In this document: positions 10,252 through 19,649 of the stretch, in pieces
Numbering within the stretch: the stretch's first letter is position 1
How the letters are laid out: every line of letters begins with the position of its first letter
Source of the DNA: Fibrobacteria bacterium
GTDB taxonomy: Bacteria; Fibrobacterota; Fibrobacteria; UBA11236; JADFYW01
Direction of reading: 5' to 3'
Assembly: GCA_050294405.1 (NCBI GenBank)
Contig: JBNKOC010000001.1
Span: forward strand, 32,001-96,000
DNA length: 64,000 nucleotides
Program-made: the position numbers and the translations under genes
The notes under the pieces: model-generated
The model's input: the letters and a program-made list of their open reading frames with translations, nothing else
Told to the model about the DNA's origin: nothing
Database searches by the model: none

Positions 10252-11132
10252 AGGGGAAAGTTAAACAAGAAATTAAATTTTATAGCCTGAAATGACCATT
10301 TGATAGGATCCTCATTTGTGTTTTTCAACAGCATTCCCCAATTTCCCTTAGCTTTGTATTCCAACTGGCAAAGGGCCATTTCAGAATAAATTGAAATAAA
10401 TTTGAATTTGCCTAAATTCATGCCCAGAGAAAACTCCTGGCCCACTCCAAATGGACTTGCTTTGGCTTTGGCAGAATGTCCGTTGCTGTATATCTCACTT
10501 TGAGGCAGGGTCCAAATCCTGGAGTAAGATAAAAACAAGGCCTGGTTTGGATTTAAATAGATCCACGCCATGGGAATTTTAACGCGAAGACCACCATATA
10601 CATTTAAGGCCGAAACTCCATAATTTGTTTCGAGGCTTTTGCTGCTGGCCTCTCCGCCCTTTGGATGTATATCGGAAACTTCAATAATAGCGCTCTGTTC
10701 CTTCCAGAATCTATTCAACTGTCCGAAAAACTGCAAACTGGCCAAAGGGGCATAAGCCAATTCAATTCCAAGTGGAAAATACACCATCACCGGGTTGTAG
10801 CCCTGCAAAATTCGGCCTTTAACGGCCTGGAGAGAGTCTTCCGGTGTTTCCAGGGCAAGGGCAGAATCCCTGCTATAGCGCTGGGCCAGAATGTAATTCA
10901 AATCATCTGAATAATATTTTTGGCTGCCAAATTCACTGAAGCCAACAGCTAATTTCAAAGCAATTCTAAGTTTGAGAAAGTCTTCAGTTATGGATACGGA
11001 ATCTTTGCTAAGGCTGCTGTCTTTTCCAGCCACTTTCGCGGGTCCAAAAACCGAAGCCCCCAGTGAGAGCTGCCAACATAGGCCAAACAAAAAAATGGCT
11101 GAAAGTCTTAGAGTAGAATTAGTAATCTTCAT
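10245..11132 (-). CDS. Hypothetical exported protein, probable outer-membrane beta-barrel
   Basis: Signal peptide, amphipathic beta-strand pattern, aromatic-rich C-terminus (KFNFLFNFPLW). Confidence 0.55.
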   Translation of the reverse strand: MKITNSTLRLSAIFLFGLCWQLSLGASVFGPAKVAGKDSSLSKDSVSITEDFLKLRIALKLAVGFSEFGSQKYYSDDLNYILAQRYSRDSALALETPEDSLQAVKGRILQGYNPVMVYFPLGIELAYAPLASLQFFGQLNRFWKEQSAIIEVSDIHPKGGEASSKSLETNYGVSALNVYGGLRVKIPMAWIYLNPNQALFLSYSRIWTLPQSEIYSNGHSAKAKASPFGVGQEFSLGMNLGKFKFISIYSEMALCQLEYKAKGNWGMLLKNTNEDPIKWSFQAIKFNFLFNFPLW

Positions 11133-11138
11133 AGTGGT

Positions 11139-11714
11139 TCAATAAATATTATTCTGCTCAATATAATGAATTAGCCTCTGGTGTATTTTATTTTCTCCCA
11201 GCCCTGTTTTTTTTGCCAGCTCTTGCCTTATGGCAGATGAACTCAGGGGCAAAAGCTCCACTCCAATTTTAATAGCTTTTCTATGGGAGAAATCCTTTAT
11301 TTCCTTCTCATGCCTTGGGTACACTGCGATTTGGCATAGATTTAAAATCTCTTTCCACTCATACCAGCTCTCAAAACTGTTCCAGTTGTCGGCACCCATA
11401 AGCCAATACCAATGGGTAATTTGGGGATATTTTTTTTGCATCGCCCTTAAACTGTGCAGGGCATAACTGGGCCCGGAAAGGTCTTCTTCCAGAGTTTCCA
11501 CTGTATGTTGCTTCCTGTCTTTTAAAAGCAACGACAACATCTGGCAGCGCTGGGAAAAGTCGGCCACAAATTCTTTTCCGGTAGGAGCTTTATAGGTGGG
11601 AAGCCAAAACAATATATCAGCATTGAGCTGCTTTATAGCCTCTTCGGCCAGTTGGAGGTGTCCTGAATGAGGAGGATCGAAAGCCCCTCCGAAGATGCAA
11701 GCCTTTTGGGCCAT
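11139..11714 (-). CDS. nadD: Nicotinate-nucleotide adenylyltransferase
   Basis: FGGAFDPPHSGH, MGADN, W..W, LSSSAIR motifs. Confidence 0.92.
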   Translation of the reverse strand: MAQKACIFGGAFDPPHSGHLQLAEEAIKQLNADILFWLPTYKAPTGKEFVADFSQRCQMLSLLLKDRKQHTVETLEEDLSGPSYALHSLRAMQKKYPQITHWYWLMGADNWNSFESWYEWKEILNLCQIAVYPRHEKEIKDFSHRKAIKIGVELLPLSSSAIRQELAKKTGLGENKIHQRLIHYIEQNNIY

Positions 11715-12554
11715 TTATAAACTTTGCTGGTTTTTCTCGGAAACAGGTTTTAAGCTTTTTTTCTTTTCTTTCTGCTTTTGCGCTAAGGTCTTTTTGACCT
11801 TTTCCAATTTGGAATAGAGTTCTTCACCTTTTTTTACTTCTTTTAGCTCGTCCAAGTGAAGCTGGGCCTGTTCGTATTGGTGAAGATGTATATAGCTTTC
11901 CGCCATTTTTAAATGCAAATCTTCTTTATTAACATAGTCGCCATAGCGGTTTAAAGCGCTTTTGTAGTAAATAATAGCAGACTGATGTTCTTTCATTTTT
12001 TTGTACAGGCGGGCAATTTTAAGTTCTCTTTTTGCCAACCAGGTTCTGAGTTTGGCTAAATAACCATTGGCGCTGTCTGTTAAATTAGAAGCGGGGTATT
12101 CTTTTAAAAACTCCTCAAAATAATCTATAGCCTCTAAAGTGGGTTTTTGATCCCGTCCCACGGAATATATCTGGTGGTATGAGGCTATTGCATTTCTAAA
12201 CTGGGCGTTTTCTGCCAGGGGAGAGGCGGGAAAGGTCCTCACAAAGTTCGAGTATTCGTGCTGGGCTTCCATCCATTCCTTTAAATTAAAATGGGCCTCA
12301 CCCAGGCGATAAAGGGCCTCTTCAATAAATTTTGATCCGGAACAAACAGACAATAAATCATTCAAAGGGATCTTAACTGCGGAGTATTTACCTTTTTCAA
12401 ATTTTTCGGAAACAGCATCGTATTTGTCTTGGCAGGATTGTTCGTGGCTGATATTCTTGTTGGAGCTACAGGCAACAATTACAAGTAGAGAAGCAAAAAG
12501 GATAAAACTGGTTTTCAAACTAAAATTCCTGTTAAAAGCTTTTTTTTGAAGCAA
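11715..12554 (-). CDS. bamD: Outer membrane protein assembly factor BamD
   Basis: Lipobox IVAC, TPR repeats, RDQKPT.EA, LAKRELKIARLY pattern. Confidence 0.85.
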   Translation of the reverse strand: MLQKKAFNRNFSLKTSFILFASLLVIVACSSNKNISHEQSCQDKYDAVSEKFEKGKYSAVKIPLNDLLSVCSGSKFIEEALYRLGEAHFNLKEWMEAQHEYSNFVRTFPASPLAENAQFRNAIASYHQIYSVGRDQKPTLEAIDYFEEFLKEYPASNLTDSANGYLAKLRTWLAKRELKIARLYKKMKEHQSAIIYYKSALNRYGDYVNKEDLHLKMAESYIHLHQYEQAQLHLDELKEVKKGEELYSKLEKVKKTLAQKQKEKKKSLKPVSEKNQQSL

Positions 12555-12567
12555 TTAAACTAGAATC

Positions 12568-13374
12568 TTATTGAATTTTTCTCAATTCCTGCTTGGCTCG
12601 GCCCACATATTCACTGTCGGGGTAAAGAGACAGCAATTTTTCCAGTTCGGCTCTGGATTGGGTTTTGTCCCCCATGCGCAAATAAGCTAAACCAATTTTG
12701 TATTGGGCATCATCGGCTTTTTCCGTGGAAGGAAAGGTAAAAACCCTTTGGTAGCTGGCAATGGCCTTGGCATAATTACCCATAGCAAACTGACATTCGC
12801 CTTTCCAGAATATGGCATTATCAGCATAGGTGCCTTCGGGGTATTTTTCCAGAATTCGGTTGTACTCTTGAATAGCTTGAGAGTATTTGCGGGCGTAAAA
12901 TAAATCTGAGGCCTGTTTGTAAGCCTGGGATTCGGTTTCTTCGATTTTTGGTTTGTCTCCCTGGGGTTTTGGATTTGGGGTAAAGGTATTTCCAAATGCG
13001 GAGCCTTTTACGGAAGTTAAGTTTTGGGTCTTTTTCAATTCAGAATCTAAAAAGCGCAGTTCTTCGGAAAGAATGGCAATACGGTTCTCCAACTCTTCCA
13101 TTTTGGCTGCGCTTAAAGAGGCTAACTCTTCACCGATAATCAGCAGGCGGTTGTCAATTTCAATGAGTTTGGTGTTGATGGCCTCAATGTCCAGCTTGGT
13201 TTCTCTGGATAATTTCAAGGCTTCATCAGAATTGTCTTTTACCTGGGCTACGTCGATTTCAGGGAGCAATACATCTTCTACAGGAGCGGGAGCGCTCGGT
13301 GCGCAATTCCAAATAAAGGCCAGAGTAAAAAGACCGAAAACAAGTAACAATTTATTAGATATATTTCGAATCAT
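12568..13374 (-). CDS. cpoB: Tol-Pal system protein YbgF/CpoB
   Basis: N-terminal coiled coil and three C-terminal TPRs (YADNAIFWKGE, KADDAQYKIG, YPDS); lipobox-like IWNC. Confidence 0.8.
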   Translation of the reverse strand: MIRNISNKLLLVFGLFTLAFIWNCAPSAPAPVEDVLLPEIDVAQVKDNSDEALKLSRETKLDIEAINTKLIEIDNRLLIIGEELASLSAAKMEELENRIAILSEELRFLDSELKKTQNLTSVKGSAFGNTFTPNPKPQGDKPKIEETESQAYKQASDLFYARKYSQAIQEYNRILEKYPEGTYADNAIFWKGECQFAMGNYAKAIASYQRVFTFPSTEKADDAQYKIGLAYLRMGDKTQSRAELEKLLSLYPDSEYVGRAKQELRKIQ

Positions 13375-13462
13375 TTTTTTTTGGCTAACTATTGGGAAAA
13401 ATTTTGTTTTATTATTGGTTTCATCTTTTAGAATTATTCCATAAATTTGAGTTCATTTCCGC

Positions 13463-14797
13463 ATGAAATTGCCCATTTATATAATTGCTGAACATATTGC
13501 GCCGTTTTTTTACAGTCTGTTCATTATAACCTTCCTTTTTATTATCGATTTTTTGGTCAAATTACTTGATTCAATTTTGACAAAAGGTCTGGATATTTGG
13601 GTTATTTTAGAAATTTTTGTTTTAAATATGGCCTGGATGCAGGCATTGGCTATTCCAATGGCCTGTTTAGTGGCATCCCTAATGGCATTTGGAAGGCTCG
13701 CTTCCGATAATGAGGTGGTGGCCTTGCGAGCCCTGGGGGTATCTCCCCTTAAGATGGTGGGGCCCCTCATATTCTTATCGGTTATTTTGTGCGGCTCGCT
13801 CATTTATTTCAACGATCGCATATTGCCAGAAGCCAACCACCGGGCAGCCAGCCTTAGAAGTGATATTACCAGACAAAGGGCTCCGGCATTTATTACCCCC
13901 CGCATGTTAATTAAGGATTTTAACAATTATCAGATTTGGGTGGATAGCATACATTACGAAAAGGACCTTTTGTACGGGGTTAAAATATTTATTTGGGAAA
14001 AAAGAGAACCCCCCCGTTATGTTAGAGCCAAAACCGCCAGCATAGAATATTCCGATGACGGCAAATACATCTTCCTTAATCTATTTGGGGGCGAAAACCA
14101 CATAGTGGATAACCGGGAGAAAGAAGGCTACTTAAGAGTTCAGTTTAAAGAACAAACCATTGCCATCGAAAATGTGGATGCCTCTTTAGTGCGAAGAGAC
14201 AGAGTGGGGAGGACCGACCGGGAAATGTCCATTGATCAAATGAAAGAAGTCGTGGCAAAAGCAAAAGTTTCCCAGCAAAATTTGGTTTTAGAATTTCCCG
14301 CAAAGATTTTTAAAGATTTTCATGCCATGGATTCCCTCATTGAATCCGATACCAGCAACATTGTGTGGGAGCGTTTTGCCAATGAACCCTGGTGGAAAAC
14401 AGAACGCCCTCCAAAGGCCATTATCAGTAAAGTCCGCATTCAGGAAAAAGACAAATGGTATACCACCAGGCGATTGGATAGGCGCTTAAATTCTGAACTG
14501 GTCCAGGAAAGTCAGTACAGGGTGGAAATACATAAAAAATATGCCATTCCCGTGGCGTGTATCATATTTATTTTGGTGGGAGCGCCTCTTGGAATGGGAA
14601 CCCGAAGCGGAGGGCTAGGCCTTGCCACCATTTTAAGCAGCGGCTTTTTTCTAATATATTGGGTTTGCCTTTTAAGGGGAGAAGCCATGGCCGATAAACT
14701 TTTAATCTCACCATGGCTTTCCATGTGGGCTCCCAATATTTTAGTGGGGGTGGTGGCCTTATTTTTAATGGCAAGAGCCATGACCATCAGGAAATAA
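13463..14797 (+). CDS. lptF: LPS export ABC transporter permease LptF
   Basis: GRLASDNEVVALRALGVS, EIHKKYAIP, W.PN motifs; first gene of a LptF/G pair. Confidence 0.85.
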   Translation: MKLPIYIIAEHIAPFFYSLFIITFLFIIDFLVKLLDSILTKGLDIWVILEIFVLNMAWMQALAIPMACLVASLMAFGRLASDNEVVALRALGVSPLKMVGPLIFLSVILCGSLIYFNDRILPEANHRAASLRSDITRQRAPAFITPRMLIKDFNNYQIWVDSIHYEKDLLYGVKIFIWEKREPPRYVRAKTASIEYSDDGKYIFLNLFGGENHIVDNREKEGYLRVQFKEQTIAIENVDASLVRRDRVGRTDREMSIDQMKEVVAKAKVSQQNLVLEFPAKIFKDFHAMDSLIESDTSNIVWERFANEPWWKTERPPKAIISKVRIQEKDKWYTTRRLDRRLNSELVQESQYRVEIHKKYAIPVACIIFILVGAPLGMGTRSGGLGLATILSSGFFLIYWVCLLRGEAMADKLLISPWLSMWAPNILVGVVALFLMARAMTIRK

Positions 14798-14799
14798 AA

Positions 14800-15870
14800 A
14801 TGGGTTTATTTTCCAGATATCTAATTGCGAAGTTTTTAGGGCTTTTTATTCTGGCCCTGGGTTGTTCTGTGGTTATTTTTCTGGTGATTGATTTTGTGGA
14901 AAATACCCGCTCCTGGCTAAACCACAGTCAGCAGGATGTTATTGAGTATTATATCAATTACATTCCTCATATTGTATATCTTATAAGCCCCATTGCCATA
15001 ATAATTGCCAGCATATTTTCCGTGGGTTTAATGTCCAAAAACCTGGAAATCATTATTATGCGCTGTTCAGGTCGTTCCAACTTCAGCATTTTGCTACCTC
15101 TTGTAGTAATGGGCATAGCTCTAAGTGCTGGTATGTATTACTTTGGCGACAGCATTTTGCCCGATTCCAATTACCGGCGTTTTAAAATCAAGGAACCTCA
15201 AACAGCGGAAAACCAGACAGGCAATCCCAACGAAAAATACAAGTATGTATATATTGGGACCGGAGGCTACACCTTTTTAATGCAGTATTACAGCGGCAAC
15301 CGGCAATTGGGAAACCGTATTTCCATTTTAAAAGAACAAGCAGATTCCCTGGTAACCCGCTGGGACGCTCAAAAACTGGATTGGGAAAACCATTGGGTCT
15401 TAAAAAATGGCGTAAAGCGAACCTTGGGAAAAGACAGAATCACGGCCGAAAAATTTACCAGACTGGATTTGCTGGAAATTGAAGACAGCCCTGCCGATTT
15501 AATCAACACCAGGGTTTTTCCCGATGAAATGCGCCGGGAGACCCTTAAAAAAAGAATCGCTGTATTAAAACGCACCGGAGAGCCCACCCGCCGCTACGAA
15601 ACCCAATACCATTTTAAATTATCCAGTGCGGTGGTAAGCCTTATTATGATGCTTATGGGAGCTTCCATTGCTCTCAATACTCTTAAAAGTGGCCTCGCCA
15701 AGCGTTTCGGAATTGCGCTGCTATTCACCTTCGCGTATTTTATGGCTATGAAATTGGGAATCACTTTGGGAGAAAACGGGGGCCTCGAACCTCTTTTGGC
15801 TGCCTGGGTGGGCCATATTATTTTTGGCGCTATTTCCCTGCTGTTTTATTTGAGGGCCATAACAATATAA
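14800..15870 (+). CDS. lptG: LPS export ABC transporter permease LptG
   Basis: LptF/G family topology (3 TM, periplasmic jellyroll, 3 TM); start moved to the ATG at 14800, just after the lptF stop. Confidence 0.85.
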   Translation: MGLFSRYLIAKFLGLFILALGCSVVIFLVIDFVENTRSWLNHSQQDVIEYYINYIPHIVYLISPIAIIIASIFSVGLMSKNLEIIIMRCSGRSNFSILLPLVVMGIALSAGMYYFGDSILPDSNYRRFKIKEPQTAENQTGNPNEKYKYVYIGTGGYTFLMQYYSGNRQLGNRISILKEQADSLVTRWDAQKLDWENHWVLKNGVKRTLGKDRITAEKFTRLDLLEIEDSPADLINTRVFPDEMRRETLKKRIAVLKRTGEPTRRYETQYHFKLSSAVVSLIMMLMGASIALNTLKSGLAKRFGIALLFTFAYFMAMKLGITLGENGGLEPLLAAWVGHIIFGAISLLFYLRAITI

Positions 15871-17610
15871 ATGATTAGTTACATCTGGATTTTATTAGCT
15901 GGAGTCCTTTTTGGTGTCAGCTTCCTGGGAGACATATACGTTTACGGCTCACTGGTGGGTCTGTTTTGCATTTTTATGGGATGGCTCAGTCGCAGCTTTA
16001 AGGGAAAGGCCAAAGCAGACAGAGTGGAACTTAAGGATTCTAAATCCACCCAGTTTATCCAGGCTATTTCTGCAAATAATGCTCCCCAAACCAGACAAAT
16101 CGAGTGGATAAAAGAAAACCGCAAAAAAAATCTTTTAGCACTGGAAGAGGTGGTGGATCAAACCTTGCTTGATTGCCTGAATCTTTTGCAATCCAGTTTG
16201 GACGCCTATTCCTATTGTATCTTTTTCCCAGGGCGTATGAATGGTATGTTTTTGCGCACCTGGATATCCCACAGCAAGTCGATTATTCCCGGGGCCCGCA
16301 TTGAAGGAGGCCAGGGTTTGGTGGGGCTTTTGTTAAAAGAAGGACAAAACAAAGTTCTGGAAAGTGAAATAGTAGCTTCTTCTACCCAATTGCAATACTA
16401 CAGCGACGATGAAAAAATATGTTCTCTGGCTGGTATGCCTATCATTGTGCAGGGATCCCGCCGGGGAGCCATTGTTGTTGATAGCCTGGAAAAATCGGCC
16501 TTTGATTCCCAAACATTGGAAATCCTAAAATCCGCCGCCCATTTAGTGGGGCATCTCATGTATTATGCTTATGCCAATTTCGAAAGTAATTACCAGAGGG
16601 ACCAGTTAGCCGCCCTAACCAGTTACCAGCGTAAATTTTTTGAAAACATGTCAGTTAGAGAAATTGAAGTTTATCTTCAGCAGTACATCGAACAAACTTT
16701 GGAGGCGGATAGAATTACCATACTTGCCAGAGAGCCAGATCAAATGGGAAGGGCCAAGGTTATTTTTTGCAAAGGCATAGATGAACGGCAATTAAAGGGA
16801 TTTACTTTTGATATACAAAGCCGCGGACTGGTAAATATTGTATTTGAAAAAGATCAGGTGATAAACAGGACCATAGGCAAACACGAACGCATTCCCAGGT
16901 TGTCTCCCGAAGAGCCCTACAATGAATCCATCCAATGCGTGCTGGCGGTTCCCATGCGCACAGATAAGGGTATTAGCCATGTTATTATGGTGGAGTCCTG
17001 CCGCAGAAAATGGTACACCAACCATCAGAAAGAATTATTAATGACCATAGGCAGAGCGGCCGGCTTTGCTATTTCCAGAGCGCGAATGTACGAGGAAAAA
17101 GAAACTCTTTCCCGAAAAGATGGCCTTACCGGGCTTATTAACAGAAAGACCTTTCACGAACATTTCGAAAAAGAATTTTTACGGGCGCAAACCCTGAATT
17201 ACCCCATCTGCATACTTATGATTGATGTGGACCACTTTAAAAAAGTAAACGATAACCACGGGCACCCGGTAGGGGATGTGGTATTAAAAGAAGTTTCAAA
17301 AAATTTAGTTCAGTATCCTTCTGCGGAAGGGGACATTGTCGCTCGCTACGGCGGGGAAGAGTTTATTTGCCTTCTGGTGAATTGCGATGTTCGAATGGGA
17401 AAATCCCACAGTGAAAAAATGCGAAAGGCTATTGAAAGCAGAGAGTTTGACATTGGCAGGGGCCAGGTTCTAAAAGTAACCTGTTCCATTGGGGGGGCTG
17501 TTTTCCCCATTGACTCCCGCCATGGGGAGGATCTTTTGGAAAAAGCGGATCAATCCCTTTACCACGCAAAAAAAACAGGGCGCAATAAAGTTGTATTTTA
17601 TTCGGATTAA
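15871..17610 (+). CDS. Membrane-anchored GAF-GAF-GGDEF diguanylate cyclase
   Basis: N-terminal TM pair, two GAF-like domains, DGLTGLINR, DVDHFKKVNDNHGH, RYGGEEF. Confidence 0.92.
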   Translation: MISYIWILLAGVLFGVSFLGDIYVYGSLVGLFCIFMGWLSRSFKGKAKADRVELKDSKSTQFIQAISANNAPQTRQIEWIKENRKKNLLALEEVVDQTLLDCLNLLQSSLDAYSYCIFFPGRMNGMFLRTWISHSKSIIPGARIEGGQGLVGLLLKEGQNKVLESEIVASSTQLQYYSDDEKICSLAGMPIIVQGSRRGAIVVDSLEKSAFDSQTLEILKSAAHLVGHLMYYAYANFESNYQRDQLAALTSYQRKFFENMSVREIEVYLQQYIEQTLEADRITILAREPDQMGRAKVIFCKGIDERQLKGFTFDIQSRGLVNIVFEKDQVINRTIGKHERIPRLSPEEPYNESIQCVLAVPMRTDKGISHVIMVESCRRKWYTNHQKELLMTIGRAAGFAISRARMYEEKETLSRKDGLTGLINRKTFHEHFEKEFLRAQTLNYPICILMIDVDHFKKVNDNHGHPVGDVVLKEVSKNLVQYPSAEGDIVARYGGEEFICLLVNCDVRMGKSHSEKMRKAIESREFDIGRGQVLKVTCSIGGAVFPIDSRHGEDLLEKADQSLYHAKKTGRNKVVFYSD

Positions 17611-17622
17611 GGAATTGCATAC

Positions 17623-19107
17623 ATGAACCGACCTTTGGACTGGATATTTTTATCCTTGTATTTTGTGGTTATTACCGGGTTGGGAATATTTCTGGGGCGC
17701 CGCAATAAAGATTTTGCCAGCTTTATGTTCGGCAACAACAAAGTGCCCTGGATTGCCGTGGGCATTTCTCTAATAGCCACTTCCATAAGCGCCACCACGT
17801 TTTTAGGCAACCCCGAAGACGCTTACAAAAATAACATGACCTATCTCATGACAGGAATCGGCGGGCTTCTTTCCCTTTGGGTGATTGGCAAGTTGTTTAT
17901 CCCTAAAATAATGGAGCTAAAAGTAAAATCCGCCTACGAGCTTCTCGAACTCAGATTTAGCCGCAGCGTGCGCCTTTTGGCATCTACCCTCTATTGCCTT
18001 CATTTGCTTCTTCGCACAGGAATATTAATATATGGCCCTGCCCTGGTTTTGGCCAATATGTTTGGATTTAACATATATATGGCCATTATATTGATGAGCC
18101 TTTTTGCCATTGCCTACACCTGGTTTGGGGGAATTCAGGCCGTTATCTGGACCGATGTTTTACAATTTATTGTTTTGTTCGGGGGTGGCATATTTATCCT
18201 CTGGTTTTTATCGGCTAAAGCCGGAGGATTTGCCGAGCTCTGGCAATCGGCTTCGGAAGCAGGGAAACTAAAAGTTTTCGACTTTTCCCTGGACCCCAAA
18301 AACCCTCGTACTTTACTTTCTGCGGGAATCATTTACACTGTTTTTGAAATAGCTATTCGCGGTTGCGATCAACAATTCGTGCAAAGGTACTTATCCTGCA
18401 AGAACCCCATGGAAGCCAACCGGAGCTCCGTTCTTTCAGTGCTTTTGGGTATTGCGGTGGGATTTGTTTTTTATCTTATTGGCGCGGGCTTATATGTTTA
18501 TTTCCAAAATATTAAACCTGGTTTGCTGGAAGAGGGAATATCTTCGGCTGATGTTTTTCCTTATTTTATTATTAACATGCTTCCGCCAGGGATTACCGGC
18601 CTTATGGTGGCCGCTATCATGGCTGCGGCCATGAGCTCGCTGGATTCAGCCATGACAGCCTTATCCAATACCGCGGTGGTGGATTTTAAATGGATTTTCG
18701 GAAAGCACGAAACAGAAGAAAAGGGACAGTTGGCCTCTGCTAAATGGTGGACCTTAATATTTGGTGCTTTAGGTGTAATTGCAGCAATTATTTGCGCCCA
18801 GGGAGAAAAAAGCCTGCTTAGTAAGGCCCTCTTTTTTACCAGCCTTTTCACAGGCCCTTTGCTGGCTATGTTTATAGCCGCTTTTTTTAAGCCCCACTGG
18901 AGGGCTTCCAGTCTTTGGTGGGGGAGCGGGGCCGGGGTATTGTGCTTATTGCTGTTTTCAAATATTCCTATTTTGCCCGAAGGTGTGTGGGAACCACTAT
19001 ACCGCTTTTCCTGGCCCTGGAATCCTTTAATCAGCCTTTGCGCCTCATTGACCACCATGCAGATTATTGAGGCTATAAGGCCCTTAAAACCCCTTACAAA
19101 TAAATAA
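17623..19107 (+). CDS. Sodium:solute symporter (SSS) family transporter
   Basis: SAYELLELRF, GGIQAVIWTD, DQQFVQRYL, AAMSSLDS motifs. Confidence 0.93.
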   Translation: MNRPLDWIFLSLYFVVITGLGIFLGRRNKDFASFMFGNNKVPWIAVGISLIATSISATTFLGNPEDAYKNNMTYLMTGIGGLLSLWVIGKLFIPKIMELKVKSAYELLELRFSRSVRLLASTLYCLHLLLRTGILIYGPALVLANMFGFNIYMAIILMSLFAIAYTWFGGIQAVIWTDVLQFIVLFGGGIFILWFLSAKAGGFAELWQSASEAGKLKVFDFSLDPKNPRTLLSAGIIYTVFEIAIRGCDQQFVQRYLSCKNPMEANRSSVLSVLLGIAVGFVFYLIGAGLYVYFQNIKPGLLEEGISSADVFPYFIINMLPPGITGLMVAAIMAAAMSSLDSAMTALSNTAVVDFKWIFGKHETEEKGQLASAKWWTLIFGALGVIAAIICAQGEKSLLSKALFFTSLFTGPLLAMFIAAFFKPHWRASSLWWGSGAGVLCLLLFSNIPILPEGVWEPLYRFSWPWNPLISLCASLTTMQIIEAIRPLKPLTNK

Positions 19108-19108
19108 T

Positions 19109-19645
19109 ATGAGTAATATTATCGTCCGAGATCCAAATTTTTATATGAACCAGGCGCTGCAAGAAGCACATGCGGCTTTTGACGAGGGCGAAGTTCCCGT
19201 TGGCGCAGTTATTGTAAAGGAAAATCGAATCATTGCCAGAGGGCATAATAGGGTGGAGGCAGCCCAGGATGCCACTGCCCATGCTGAGATTTTATGTATA
19301 GGGGCGGCCTCACAGAATCTTGAAGATTGGAGGTTGGAAGGATGCACCCTTTATGTGACTCTGGAGCCTTGTCCCATGTGCGCAGGGGCTATTTTAAATT
19401 CCCGCATAGAAAAAGTCGTGTACGCCACCCGGGATAAACGCCTGGGGGCTCTTCACTCCAACTGCCAATTGTTTGATATGGATCTTTTGAATAGAGAAGT
19501 GCAGGTGGAAGAGGGTTTAATGGCCGAGGAATGCGCTTACTTACTCAAATCTTTTTTCCAGGTTTTGCGCAGCAAAAAAAAAGTAGGGCTAAATTTAGGC
19601 ACAAAAAAAAGCCGGAATAAATCCGGCTTTTTTTTAATTGAATAA
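19109..19645 (+). CDS. tadA: tRNA adenosine(34) deaminase
   Basis: EVPVGAV, TAHAE, WRL..CTLYVTLEPCPMCAGA; C-terminus may be extended by a homopolymer indel (see findings). Confidence 0.93.
   Translation: MSNIIVRDPNFYMNQALQEAHAAFDEGEVPVGAVIVKENRIIARGHNRVEAAQDATAHAEILCIGAASQNLEDWRLEGCTLYVTLEPCPMCAGAILNSRIEKVVYATRDKRLGALHSNCQLFDMDLLNREVQVEEGLMAEECAYLLKSFFQVLRSKKKVGLNLGTKKSRNKSGFFLIE
19603..19635. terminator. Bidirectional intrinsic terminator between convergent tadA and SWIB genes
   Basis: A8-GCCGGA-ataaa-TCCGGC-T8. Confidence 0.85.
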
Positions 19646-19649
19646 AAAT

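Noticed and set aside
12953..13444. 163-aa + strand ORF, and similar antisense ORFs such as 32289-32810 and 18561-19058
   Set aside because: They lie opposite well-supported genes and have no recognisable motifs
14713..14799. N-terminal extension of LptG in the ORF track
   Set aside because: It overlaps the lptF 3' end; the ATG at 14800 gives a typical LptG start
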